A program made the translations under genes and the position numbers. From IMG/VR virus record IMGVR_UViG_3300048599_000416, positions 2,890 through 66,889 of that record: a stretch of DNA of 64,000 nucleotides, one strand, 5' to 3'. The notes beneath the pieces were generated by a model. The model was not told the origin of the DNA and did not search any database. It saw only the letters and a program-made list of their open reading frames with translations. Positions 10,459 through 19,018 of the stretch are shown in pieces. Position 1 is the stretch's first letter; every line of letters starts with the position of its first letter. Origin of the DNA: a virus (lineage: Duplodnaviria; Caudoviricetes).

Positions 10459-10529
10459 TATATTTGCATCCGTAATTCACCCACGGAGAAAGTGAGTGAT
10501 AGATATATTAAACATAGGATGCAAATATA
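10459..10529. promoter_or_regulatory. Face-to-face Bacteroidetes promoter motifs of the genetic switch
   Basis: TATATTTG (TAnnTTTG) on + at 10459-10466 and on - at 10522-10529, within a 13-bp inverted repeat tatatttgcatcc/ggatgcaaatata. Confidence 0.6.
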
Positions 10530-10550
10530 CATCATTTTTTAGAAAAACGT

Positions 10551-10769
10551 ATGGCTAAGAAAACAGAAACACAGGAAATAGTAGTTGAGTCTATTGATTC
10601 GCCTACAAAGACATTGAAAGGAATGCGAATGAAGGATAAATTTTACTTCCCGAACTCGCAACGCATTTCTGTAAGATCTACAATCACAACATTAAAGGAT
10701 AAATCGACAAAGCGATTTTCACTGAAACGGATTAACGACGAATATACGTTGTTGAGACGAACCAAGTGA
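10551..10769 (+). CDS. Small basic protein, Cro-like by position
   Basis: First gene divergent from the repressor; 72 aa, basic. Confidence 0.5.
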   Translation: MAKKTETQEIVVESIDSPTKTLKGMRMKDKFYFPNSQRISVRSTITTLKDKSTKRFSLKRINDEYTLLRRTK

Positions 10770-10812
10770 CATCGCTTTTTTTGTTGAAGAAACAATATTT
10801 AAAACCAATAGC

Positions 10813-11628
10813 ATGAATACAACAGTTCAATTGTTCAACAATCCTCAGTTCGGAGAAGTACGGGTGGTTAGAAGAGAAAACAACGAAGTATTTTTTGTCG
10901 CAAACGACGTTGCTAAAATTCTTGGCTATATCTATCCTGCAAATGCAATTCAGGATCATGTGGATGAATATGATAAAATAATAGTTCAACTATCTGATAT
11001 TCAAGACGTGGACAAAACGCCCCATCTGAAAGGAAGTAGAATTACCATTATCAACGAATCAGGTGTTTATTCATTAGTATTTGGCTCGAAGCTGGATTCG
11101 GCCAAGCAATTCAAAAGATGGATTACGGCTGAGGTGTTACCGGCAATCAGGAGAACTGGAGGCTACATGATGACCCGACCGGAAGAAACGCCGGAGGAGA
11201 TAATGGCAAGGGCTTTGAAGGTGGCAGAAGAGACACTGGAGCGTCACCGGCAGCAAAACCAAATGCTGATGGGCGAAAATCAATCTCTTAACAACGAAGT
11301 GAGAACGCTGGCGCCCAAAGCACAATATTTTGATGAGGTGTTGCAAAGTACGACTACCTACACCATGACACAGGTTGCAAAAGAATTGGGAATGTCGGCT
11401 GCGGCTCTTGAACGATTACTACACCAAAAAGGCATCATTTTCAAACAAAGTACCACATGGCTTCCATACAGCAAATATCAGGGTATGGAATACCACAAAT
11501 TCAGAACGCACCGGTACATCAAAGCAGACGGTACCAACGGAAGCAATACAATACTGGTATGGACTGAAAAGGGAAAGCATTTTATCCATGAGGTATTCAA
11601 CCGTAAACAGAATGTGAATATTAGATAA
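10813..11628 (+). CDS. BRO-N plus ANT/KilAC antirepressor
   Basis: FNNPQFGEVRVV...FVANDVAKILGY...INESGVYSLVFGS...FKRWITAEVLPAIRRTGGY followed by LAPKAQYFDEVL. Confidence 0.9.
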   Translation: MNTTVQLFNNPQFGEVRVVRRENNEVFFVANDVAKILGYIYPANAIQDHVDEYDKIIVQLSDIQDVDKTPHLKGSRITIINESGVYSLVFGSKLDSAKQFKRWITAEVLPAIRRTGGYMMTRPEETPEEIMARALKVAEETLERHRQQNQMLMGENQSLNNEVRTLAPKAQYFDEVLQSTTTYTMTQVAKELGMSAAALERLLHQKGIIFKQSTTWLPYSKYQGMEYHKFRTHRYIKADGTNGSNTILVWTEKGKHFIHEVFNRKQNVNIR

Positions 11629-11762
11629 TCAGTTTTTGATGTTCCACAAAAACGCTGTGAAGCGCAGGAACAAAGGTTTAAGATTACAGTCGTTAATTTC
11701 CTGAGGCGTTGTGAAATGTAGTAGGGTCTTTTTCAGAAAACAAATCTTCTAAACATACGATT

Positions 11763-11966
11763 ATGAAAAAGATTAGAAACTGGCAGAAATTGAATGCTCT
11801 TATCGTAAAACCGCAAATGTACGGTAAGGATGAGGCGGGTAGATATTATCGTAATGTTACCCGTAAGAGAGACGAGCATATACCTCTCATGTCTAAAATG
11901 TTTTTGTATACAATAGTGGTTATGGTCGTCTTTTCGATAGTGAGGCAAATTATGTTGACACAATAA
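11763..11966 (+). CDS. Small membrane protein
   Basis: 67 aa with a C-terminal hydrophobic segment. Confidence 0.5.
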   Translation: MKKIRNWQKLNALIVKPQMYGKDEAGRYYRNVTRKRDEHIPLMSKMFLYTIVVMVVFSIVRQIMLTQ

Positions 11967-12119
11967 AAAATATACTAACCAAAATCTGAAAAAGTCCGGG
12001 CGAGAAGTAGTTAGCTCATGATAGGTTTGAAGTTATAGATGTTTTTGTGTTCCCGCCCGGCAAACTAAACATTTGTATTCATGGCCGAAAAACGTTGTGA
12101 AACGGAGTATCGGCAAATT

Positions 12120-12221
12120 TTCCGATTAGCTCAGTTGGTAGAGCGGTAGGTGCTTTTAACCTAAAAACGAAACGGAGAAGCAAGTATTTACAGGTCGCGG
12201 GTTCGAATCCCGTGTCGGGAG
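12120..12221 (+). ncRNA. tRNA-like RNA (Lys/UUU-like, aberrant anticodon loop, 33-nt variable region)
   Basis: Acceptor ttccgat/gtcggga, D arm GCTC-agttggta-GAGC, stem TAGGT-gctttta-ACCTA, T arm GCGGG-ttcgaat-CCCGT. Confidence 0.65.
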
Positions 12222-12244
12222 CAATCTGATAAACCAAATAAATC

Positions 12245-12409
12245 ATGAAAACATTGAACTCATCAAACTCGTTCTTCATCATTCCGCTACTGGGCGGTGT
12301 CGCATTAATTGCCACAGGCATTGTTTGCAAGGCTTACATCCATGTGTTGTTCGGTGCAGGGGCATTGTTATTGGCTGCCGCCTGGCGCAAAGAATCCAGA
12401 AAGATTTAA
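12245..12409 (+). CDS. Small two-TM membrane peptide (54 aa, not in ORF track)
   Basis: Manual translation: MKTLNSSNSFFIIPLLGGVALIATGIVCKAYIHVLFGAGALLLAAAWRKESRKI. Confidence 0.55.
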   Translation: MKTLNSSNSFFIIPLLGGVALIATGIVCKAYIHVLFGAGALLLAAAWRKESRKI

Positions 12410-12428
12410 TACCAAAAGATAATCAACC

Positions 12429-12668
12429 ATGAGAACATTAAAAGAACGGGCATTCAATTTTAGCGAAGAGATGAAAAAGCCTGCGATGACGCAGGAAGAA
12501 TTGGAAGAGTTAGCCAGTCGGCCGCCTGTATTGGGAATGGCACTATTGATAGTGTTGTTGGTATTGGCAATAGTAGTCACCAGTCTGGTATGTTTCCGTC
12601 CGAATAAAATAGGCGTTAATCAACGCCATCATACTACCTGCATTTCAAATTTCAATAGCAAAGCATGA
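12429..12668 (+). CDS. Small membrane protein
   Basis: One strong TM (LGMALLIVLLVLAIVVTSLV). Confidence 0.55.
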   Translation: MRTLKERAFNFSEEMKKPAMTQEELEELASRPPVLGMALLIVLLVLAIVVTSLVCFRPNKIGVNQRHHTTCISNFNSKA

Positions 12669-12847
12669 AGAGAACTGTGTCTCTGCTTATTGCATCAGTG
12701 ATGTTGCAATCGTGCGTAATCAATGCTATTCGTATCTACGACAATGATAATCCTTGTTACCGGAAAGTGGTGAAATACAAGTTCCGGAAGCAATACAAAG
12801 ACTCTTGCGAAGTGAGGGTTGGATGTAAAGTATACATAATCAGATAA
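12665..12847 (+). CDS. Small putative lipoprotein
   Basis: Signal-like N-terminus ending in a lipobox-like LQSC; ATGA overlap with the upstream gene. Confidence 0.55.
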   Translation: MKRTVSLLIASVMLQSCVINAIRIYDNDNPCYRKVVKYKFRKQYKDSCEVRVGCKVYIIR

Positions 12848-12857
12848 CCAATTTATT

Positions 12858-13019
12858 ATGAAACAGATAATTATTTAAGAAAAAAAGAAACGGCCCGCAT
12901 TGGCTTATGCGTTGATAGTTGCGGGATTGTTGTTGGCGTTGACGGTAGCCATGTGTTCATGTGCATCGAGCCACGGATTGATTAAAGCGAAACGAACATG
13001 TAATTGTATCAATAAATAA
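12858..13019 (+). pseudogene. Small lipoprotein-like ORF interrupted by in-frame TAA
   Basis: MKQIII*EKKKRPALAYALIVAGLLLALTVAMCSCASS..., with TAA at 12876-12878. Confidence 0.4.
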
Positions 13020-13027
13020 CTAATACT

Positions 13028-13249
13028 ATGTACGACACATTTTTTGCAAACCTTGGAATAGAAGGTGCTATTTCGGCAATTACGATCGACTTTAAGAACA
13101 ATGTTGAGGTGATTGCCGATTACGAAACCAAAACAATAAAGAAGCTCATAGGGGGCAACGTGGTAAGCGAATTCAGCATGTTGGGCAAAAGCCCGGAATG
13201 GATGACCGGATACCTGTCCGGAATATCGGAAATAGGAAATGGAAAATAA
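13028..13249 (+). CDS. Hypothetical phage protein
   Basis: 73-aa ORF in the tightly packed early operon. Confidence 0.55.
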   Translation: MYDTFFANLGIEGAISAITIDFKNNVEVIADYETKTIKKLIGGNVVSEFSMLGKSPEWMTGYLSGISEIGNGK

Positions 13250-13442
13250 TGTTCCCCGATTTAAGCAGGTTGAGACCGTAAATGGTTACGGGGTGATTGA
13301 TACGCAACTCCCCAACCTGATGTATTACGCACCGGCAACAGCCGACGTTTGTACGAAAGCCCGGATGGTACATGTGACCATGCTGCTTAACAAAAATCCA
13401 GAGAGCGATGACTTGAAACAATATGAAGAATACAGGGTATGA
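13239..13442 (+). CDS. Hypothetical phage protein
   Basis: 67-aa ORF overlapping the upstream gene. Confidence 0.5.
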   Translation: MENNVPRFKQVETVNGYGVIDTQLPNLMYYAPATADVCTKARMVHVTMLLNKNPESDDLKQYEEYRV

Positions 13443-13596
13443 CAAAAGATGTTGCAATACGGGTTTTGGAAATAGATGCTTCGATAAAAGAGCTTCAACG
13501 GACGGCAGAATGTTGCAGTGGTGAGGGTAGATTATTCATTCGAGGCTATGTAGATGAAAGAGTAAAAGAGTTACACCTTAAAAAGAAGATGATAGC

Positions 13597-13794
13597 ATGG
13601 TAGAAGTAGAACCTGATGTAAAACCGGCAGCGAGATATTCTGTTTCCAAAGCCGCTAAATTGTTAGGTGTAGATGTATCTACAGTATGGAGGTGGAACCA
13701 GAATAAAAAAATAAGAATTCAATACCGGGATGTGGATAGTAACCCATTTATAACCGGATTGGATATATCAAAAGCGTGGAATAAAACTGTTTAA
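13597..13794 (+). CDS. Small HTH DNA-binding protein (excisionase/MerR-like)
   Basis: YSVSKAAKLLGVDVSTVWRW HTH. Confidence 0.7.
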   Translation: MVEVEPDVKPAARYSVSKAAKLLGVDVSTVWRWNQNKKIRIQYRDVDSNPFITGLDISKAWNKTV

Positions 13795-13822
13795 CCGGCT
13801 TCGGCCACAACAACAATAAATT

Positions 13823-14299
13823 ATGCATACATGGTTTGAAACAAAGATCCGGTATGAAAAGACCGGAGATGACGGATTGCCACAAAAAGTGACGGAACCT
13901 TATTTGGTGGATGCACTATCGTTCACGGAAGCAGAAGCGCGGATAATTGAAGAAATACGGCCATTTGTAAAAGGAGATTTTCAGGTGGCGGCTATCAAAC
14001 GCGCAAGAATCGCGGAGTTGTTTGAAAATCCGGCAGGTGACTTGTGGTACCGCTGTAAAGTGAATTTTATCACTCTGGATGAGGAAAAAGGGAAAGAAAA
14101 GAAAACAGGCGTTACCATGATGGTACAGGCTTCCACGCTGGAAGATGCCCGCAAATACCTCACCGAGCAAATGGAGAAAACCTTATCGAGCTACGTGATA
14201 GATACCATCTCCGAAACGAAGATTGTGGATGTGTATCCGTATGCGGGAGAAACCCCTAAATCCCCTGAAGGGGACTTGAAATCTGTAACGGAGGGTTAG
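13823..14299 (+). CDS. DUF4494-like protein with a repeat-derived C-terminal tail
   Basis: WFETKIRYEK...YLVDALSFTEAEARI signature; ends in TPKSPEGDLKSVTEG. Confidence 0.82.
   Translation: MHTWFETKIRYEKTGDDGLPQKVTEPYLVDALSFTEAEARIIEEIRPFVKGDFQVAAIKRARIAELFENPAGDLWYRCKVNFITLDEEKGKEKKTGVTMMVQASTLEDARKYLTEQMEKTLSSYVIDTISETKIVDVYPYAGETPKSPEGDLKSVTEG
14253..14278 (+). repeat. Palindromic 26-bp element, copy 1 (cccctaaatcccctgaaggggacttg)
   Basis: Identical copies at 33398, 34307 and 35117; one-mismatch copy at 33482. Confidence 0.9.
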
Positions 14300-14300
14300 T

Positions 14301-15074
14301 ATGCCAATAAGCGAAGTATTCTGCTGCGACTGCAACGACTACATGCAACAATTGCCGGATAAGAAAATTAGTCTGGCAATTGTTGATCCTCCTTATGGCA
14401 ATGGGATTTCTAAAAAAAGCAGATACGGAAATAAAGTTACCATTTCCAAGCATTCTAAAAATGGAAAATATGTAAGTGTAATAAACAAAACAGAATTTAT
14501 TTCCAAAAATTGGGATTTGAAAACTCCAGATAAGGAATATTTCAATGAATTACTAAGGGTAAGTAAAGAACAAATTATATGGGGAGTAAATTATTACAAT
14601 TACAAATTTGATTCGGGTAGAATTGTTTGGGATAAAGTAAACGGACAAACATCATTTTCGGACTGTGAAATTGCTTATTGCAGTTACCATACATCTGTTA
14701 GATTATTTGCATATATGTGGAATGGTATGATGCAGGGAGAGAGCAGGGAAAACGGTAGAAAGCAGCAAGGTAATAAACAACTGAATGAAGAGAGGATTCA
14801 TCCAACCCAAAAACCTGTTGAGTTGTACAAATGGCTTCTTGAAAAATACGCCAAACCGGGAGATGTAATATTTGATAGTCACATGGGGAGCCAGAGCAGC
14901 CGAATTGCGGCCTACGAAATGGGATTTGATTATTACGGTTGTGAGCTGGATCCGGATTATTTCAGAGAGGGATGCGAGCGGTTTGAGGCATACCGGCAAA
15001 AGAAAGAAGAGATAGCACAGTTTGGATTTGCAAAAAGCGAACTGGGAAAGACTAACCCGATATTATTTGAATAA
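14301..15074 (+). CDS. Orphan amino (N6-A/N4-C) DNA methyltransferase, beta class
   Basis: DPPY, then HPTQKP and FDSHMGS in beta order. Confidence 0.9.
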   Translation: MPISEVFCCDCNDYMQQLPDKKISLAIVDPPYGNGISKKSRYGNKVTISKHSKNGKYVSVINKTEFISKNWDLKTPDKEYFNELLRVSKEQIIWGVNYYNYKFDSGRIVWDKVNGQTSFSDCEIAYCSYHTSVRLFAYMWNGMMQGESRENGRKQQGNKQLNEERIHPTQKPVELYKWLLEKYAKPGDVIFDSHMGSQSSRIAAYEMGFDYYGCELDPDYFREGCERFEAYRQKKEEIAQFGFAKSELGKTNPILFE

Positions 15075-15343
15075 TGGAAAACGCACAACGACAAGCACAA
15101 AACATAAATCTGGTATGCAGCTTCGGCGATATGGCCGAAAGCTGCCTGCTGGAGCTGGAGCAGGAATTTGGACGAAACAATCAGTTTACGCATGAACTGA
15201 AAATGCACGTAAACCAGCTCAAAAAATACGCCGGAGCTTTGCGCCGGGTGGCGGACAGGCTATTGACTTTCGATGAGGCTTGCCAGTTTGGAGATAACTC
15301 AGATGAATTGTTGGAGAAAATAAGGGAGTTTATAAATCAATAG
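15074..15343 (+). CDS. Hypothetical phage protein
   Basis: 89 aa, TAATG coupling to the methyltransferase. Confidence 0.55.
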   Translation: MENAQRQAQNINLVCSFGDMAESCLLELEQEFGRNNQFTHELKMHVNQLKKYAGALRRVADRLLTFDEACQFGDNSDELLEKIREFINQ

Positions 15344-15352
15344 TTACAACCC

Positions 15353-15553
15353 ATGAACGAAAAAGAAAAAGCAGTCGAACTAATACAAAAGTTTGGTGAT
15401 TTAGCATCTGCCGTAGTTGTACAGATAATGTGCTCAAATCCCCACTCAAATCCGTTTCATGGAAATGTTGTTTCAACAATGGAATGGTGGTTTAGAGTCG
15501 GTGAAGAAATAGAAAGATTGGATAAACAGACGGATAACAATAAAATAACCTGA
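15353..15553 (+). CDS. Hypothetical phage protein
   Basis: 66-aa ORF in operon. Confidence 0.55.
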   Translation: MNEKEKAVELIQKFGDLASAVVVQIMCSNPHSNPFHGNVVSTMEWWFRVGEEIERLDKQTDNNKIT

Positions 15554-15555
15554 AC

Positions 15556-15852
15556 ATGCTAAAGTACGAACAAATAATATGCGATATGATCGCTGAGGAG
15601 ATTGAGAGAAAAACCGGCGAAAAGGTGATTGAAATAAGACTGGTACAGTTGATTTCGTTGTGTGTATGCTATAAAGTGCAATACACTTCTGACTGGCTTT
15701 ACAAGCCATTTGATAACATGGGTCAATTGAACTCATTGAGCTTTACGGATAAAACGGCGGAGTTTTATAGAGGCATCCACAACTTTGAGTGTGTGCAGAA
15801 TTTGAATAAAAGAAAGCGGAATGACACAAAAAAAGACACTTTGGAAGGATGA
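15556..15852 (+). CDS. Hypothetical phage protein
   Basis: 98-aa ORF in operon. Confidence 0.5.
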   Translation: MLKYEQIICDMIAEEIERKTGEKVIEIRLVQLISLCVCYKVQYTSDWLYKPFDNMGQLNSLSFTDKTAEFYRGIHNFECVQNLNKRKRNDTKKDTLEG

Positions 15853-16015
15853 ACGCCACGATCATTTCTGGATAAAAGATGGATGGTTGTTTGAATCGTA
15901 TCACACTATACGGGGATTGCGTTTCAGGAAGCGAATGCAAGTGACTGGAATGCCGGACACGGATTGCTGTACGGCAGAAATGATAATTTACATAGAGAAG
16001 GAATATATGAACTAA
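15821..16015 (+). CDS. Hypothetical phage protein
   Basis: 64-aa ORF in operon. Confidence 0.45.
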   Translation: MTQKKTLWKDERHDHFWIKDGWLFESYHTIRGLRFRKRMQVTGMPDTDCCTAEMIIYIEKEYMN

Positions 16016-16026
16016 AAAATAAAACC

Positions 16027-16674
16027 ATGAAAACAGGGACTAAGAGCATATTGTGGGGCGTTCATGCCTTTTGGTGGCATCCGTTGATGGTGGCGATGGC
16101 GTGGGTGAAGCTGTACGGATGGCCGTGGGATCCGAGCGTATGGTTGGCCTTCTTCGTGCATGATTTTGGTTACTGGGGTAAACCGGACATGGACGGAGCG
16201 GAAGGTGAGCGCCACCCGGAACTTGGGGCGAAGATAATGCACGTGTTTGATGGGTATCATACCGAGTACATGAAGTTTAAGACACCCACAAAAGAGGAAT
16301 TTTTGGCATTACTGGATGACGGATGGGAATATGTAATAGGATGGCGCGCCGGTGACGGAGATGTAGTGTATAAACTAAAACGACAAGTGCGTAATACAAA
16401 GTGGCACGATTTTGCGCTGTATCATTCGCGACGCTATGCCAGGATAGATGAGGCGCAAACATCAAAGTTATGTGCTGCCGACAAGTTAGCGGTGTGTTTC
16501 GATCCGTATTGGTTTTACATGCTGAGGGCAACGCTATCGGGAGAGATAAAAGAATATCTGAAGGATTACGGCATGGAGAGCAAATTCGACTGGTTTTACA
16601 TTTACCGGGCCGATGTGGTTTGCTGGGTGAGAGGTGAGATAAACTACAAAAAATCAAAAGGAATTAAGCTATGA
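16027..16674 (+). CDS. HD-domain-like protein
   Basis: H...FFVHDFGYW...HSRRY...LCAADKLA pattern; start set at MKTGTK rather than the upstream ATG at 15964. Confidence 0.55.
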   Translation: MKTGTKSILWGVHAFWWHPLMVAMAWVKLYGWPWDPSVWLAFFVHDFGYWGKPDMDGAEGERHPELGAKIMHVFDGYHTEYMKFKTPTKEEFLALLDDGWEYVIGWRAGDGDVVYKLKRQVRNTKWHDFALYHSRRYARIDEAQTSKLCAADKLAVCFDPYWFYMLRATLSGEIKEYLKDYGMESKFDWFYIYRADVVCWVRGEINYKKSKGIKL

Positions 16675-16913
16675 CAATACTGACGGCTTTGGCAATTGAA
16701 AGCAATTATCCGGATAATATTCGGATTGAAGCGATGCAAAGCAAAGCATCCGGCCGGTGGACTTCGGTAATGGATTTGATGAAAAAAGGGGAATGTAACA
16801 GAACATTGCTTTCGTTTGATGGTTTCCCTTTCGATACGGAGCAGATTGCTATTGAACGGATGAAAGATCAGGCTACAAAAGCCATTGAGTATGTAAAGGC
16901 TATTTCGAATTAA
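16671..16913 (+). CDS. Hypothetical phage protein
   Basis: ATGA overlap, 80 aa. Confidence 0.5.
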   Translation: MTILTALAIESNYPDNIRIEAMQSKASGRWTSVMDLMKKGECNRTLLSFDGFPFDTEQIAIERMKDQATKAIEYVKAISN

Positions 16914-16931
16914 AAATAAAATAGGTGAGGT

Positions 16932-17165
16932 ATGAAAACACCAGAAGAATATTTAGAAGAATTCACCATGGACATATCAACCGAAGGAGATATGTCATCT
17001 CCACACAAAGCTGTTGATATGATTGAGTTGATAAAAAAGGTTCAAAAAGATGCATATAATCAGGCATTGGAAGATGTAGCTGAAAAGCAGGAGCCAATTT
17101 ATAATGATTGTGCTGATGTTGATTATTACGTTCTTGTGGAAACAATCTTAGAACTAAAAAAATAA
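16932..17165 (+). CDS. Hypothetical phage protein
   Basis: 77-aa ORF in operon. Confidence 0.55.
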   Translation: MKTPEEYLEEFTMDISTEGDMSSPHKAVDMIELIKKVQKDAYNQALEDVAEKQEPIYNDCADVDYYVLVETILELKK

Positions 17166-17166
17166 T

Positions 17167-17583
17167 ATGCTGACACTATCTGTAAAACAACCTCATGCAC
17201 TATTGATTTGCGAGGGGATAAAGCCGATCGAGAACCGGTCGTGGAAACTGCCGGAAAAGTATAAAGGCGAAAGGGTATTGATACACGCCTCTATGAAACC
17301 CGATAAGATACGATTTGAAGTTCCGGGAGAGGCTTCGTGTATGAAGATTATGCAATCGGCGGCATTGAACCGGGCAGAAGAGGATAATTTATTCGGATGC
17401 ATTATCGGATCGGTGCGGATAGTGGACTGTGTACAACATCATATTTCGGAATGGGCCATCCCGTTCTATTGGCACTGGATGTTGAAATATGCTATCCTTT
17501 TTCCGAAACCAATACCGGCCAAAGGAAGGTTGGGGTTTTGGGATTTTGATTTGCCGGAAGAATACAAACAATTAATTCCATAA
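17167..17583 (+). CDS. ASCH domain protein
   Basis: LSVKQPHA..ICEGIKPIENRSW...VLIHAS...PIPAKGRLGFW. Confidence 0.88.
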   Translation: MLTLSVKQPHALLICEGIKPIENRSWKLPEKYKGERVLIHASMKPDKIRFEVPGEASCMKIMQSAALNRAEEDNLFGCIIGSVRIVDCVQHHISEWAIPFYWHWMLKYAILFPKPIPAKGRLGFWDFDLPEEYKQLIP

Positions 17584-17585
17584 TT

Positions 17586-17807
17586 ATGTCACAAGAAATT
17601 AAAGTAGAAACTTTCTCAAATGCAGGCAAGTGGGATTACCCAACTATTAATGTAGAATCCAACTCATTTATATATTCATCTCCTTACGAAAATATGTATG
17701 GATTACAGTTGTCTGAAAAATTACAATCTAATAAAGATCAGATAAAGACACTTTGCGATGAAATATCAAAGAACGTTTACGAATTGTTTAAACTGATAAA
17801 TAAGTAA
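17586..17807 (+). CDS. Hypothetical phage protein
   Basis: 73-aa ORF in operon. Confidence 0.5.
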   Translation: MSQEIKVETFSNAGKWDYPTINVESNSFIYSSPYENMYGLQLSEKLQSNKDQIKTLCDEISKNVYELFKLINK

Positions 17808-17851
17808 CCAAGAACGTAACCAACTAACTAACCAAGTAAGTAACTAAGCAT

Positions 17852-18175
17852 ATGTACACAAATTACGATCTGATCAGGTTTGGCAATTTTCTGCTAAATA
17901 AAGCGGGTATTGAACATAAGGAAATAACGCTGGATGTCGTGAAAGAATGGAAGAACCTCACTAAAGTAGGTTTGAAAGCATCAAAGTTGAATGCTTATAT
18001 CGATCACAACATCACCAAGGCAGAGAATGGTGGTTTGCTCTTCTTTGAACACAAAGGAGAGACGTTATCTAAGCCAATAGCATTACTGATATTGAAGTCG
18101 GCCAAAGCCGTCGGATATGTTTTAGTAGCGGATATTCCGGATCAATTTGTGGATGAAATACTGGAGAGGTTATGA
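17852..18175 (+). CDS. Hypothetical phage protein
   Basis: 107-aa ORF in operon. Confidence 0.55.
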   Translation: MYTNYDLIRFGNFLLNKAGIEHKEITLDVVKEWKNLTKVGLKASKLNAYIDHNITKAENGGLLFFEHKGETLSKPIALLILKSAKAVGYVLVADIPDQFVDEILERL

Positions 18176-18474
18176 AACGGGTGAAGGGTGTTTTGTTTAG
18201 CAACGGTAGTGAGCTAATGAGTTGGACCGGAAGAAACTGTGAACAGTGTTGGAAGCATAGCCGGTTTGTTGCGAAAACGGATAGTTATACCCGCTTTCGT
18301 TGTTCAATCGATTTGCAGATTCAGCAACAGGTAGCCGGACTGGATGGATCGGACATGGTATATCCGAAAACAGTTGAGGCGGTATCGATGGCCGATTGTC
18401 CGCAACGCGAAAAGACTCAGAAAAAATACAGCAGGGGTTTGAAGGGAATGAAAAATTTATTTGAAAATGAGTAA
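18172..18474 (+). CDS. Cys-containing hypothetical protein (CxxC)
   Basis: ATGA overlap; CEQC plus additional Cys residues. Confidence 0.55.
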   Translation: MKRVKGVLFSNGSELMSWTGRNCEQCWKHSRFVAKTDSYTRFRCSIDLQIQQQVAGLDGSDMVYPKTVEAVSMADCPQREKTQKKYSRGLKGMKNLFENE

Positions 18475-18892
18475 AGATAGTAAGCAAACAGAACCGGATT
18501 ATTGCGGTCGGATCCTCATAAAATTGAAACGGCAATACGGCAAGGATGAGGTAGTGGCTGCTTTGATGAAGGAAGTAAAAGAGAAGGATGTGGAAATTGG
18601 TCAGCTGAAAGCTGAGGTAGATCATCTAAGCTATGAGAAATCTAAGCTTTATCAAAAAGAAGTAGAACAATTTAAGTTGAATAATGCAATTTCTTTAGGA
18701 AAAGAATTGGCTGGAAAGGCGAGTGGTGTTCCTCCCGAAATAATACGAGAAGCGCGCATTTCGGTAAGAAAAGAGGAGCTATATAAAAATCTGAGGACTG
18801 AAAACGCCAGCCTGAAAGAGCGGATAAAGAAACTCAGAAATGAATTGGGAGAGGTAATTGCCAGGAATAGGCAGTTGATGTTGGAGAAATAA
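18467..18892 (+). CDS. Coiled-coil hypothetical protein
   Basis: Charged heptad-rich ORF; its TAA stop forms part of the TAAC of the attC-like site. Confidence 0.6.
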   Translation: MSKDSKQTEPDYCGRILIKLKRQYGKDEVVAALMKEVKEKDVEIGQLKAEVDHLSYEKSKLYQKEVEQFKLNNAISLGKELAGKASGVPPEIIREARISVRKEELYKNLRTENASLKERIKKLRNELGEVIARNRQLMLEK

Positions 18893-19018
18893 CGGATTGG
18901 CGGTATGATTAGCCGCCCATAGAAATAACAAAACTTTCAAAATACAATAACAATGCAGAACGCAAACACTTCAACCACAGAGCAAAACGGGCGGTTAAAT
19001 ATACCGATTGTTAGCTCC
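18883..19018. other. attC-like long imperfect inverted repeat
   Basis: TAAC(18890)...CGGTAT..TTAGCCGCCC pairs with GGGCGGTTAA..ATACCG...GTTA(19013), with bulged bases and a 70-nt loop. Confidence 0.6.

Noticed and set aside
10459-10529. Invertible promoter
   Set aside because: The inverted repeats are themselves the promoter motifs and enclose only 45 bp, so inversion would not reorient a promoter.
17805-17850. TAACCA-spaced 12-bp periodic tract
   Set aside because: Short, degenerate and AT-rich, with no supporting context.
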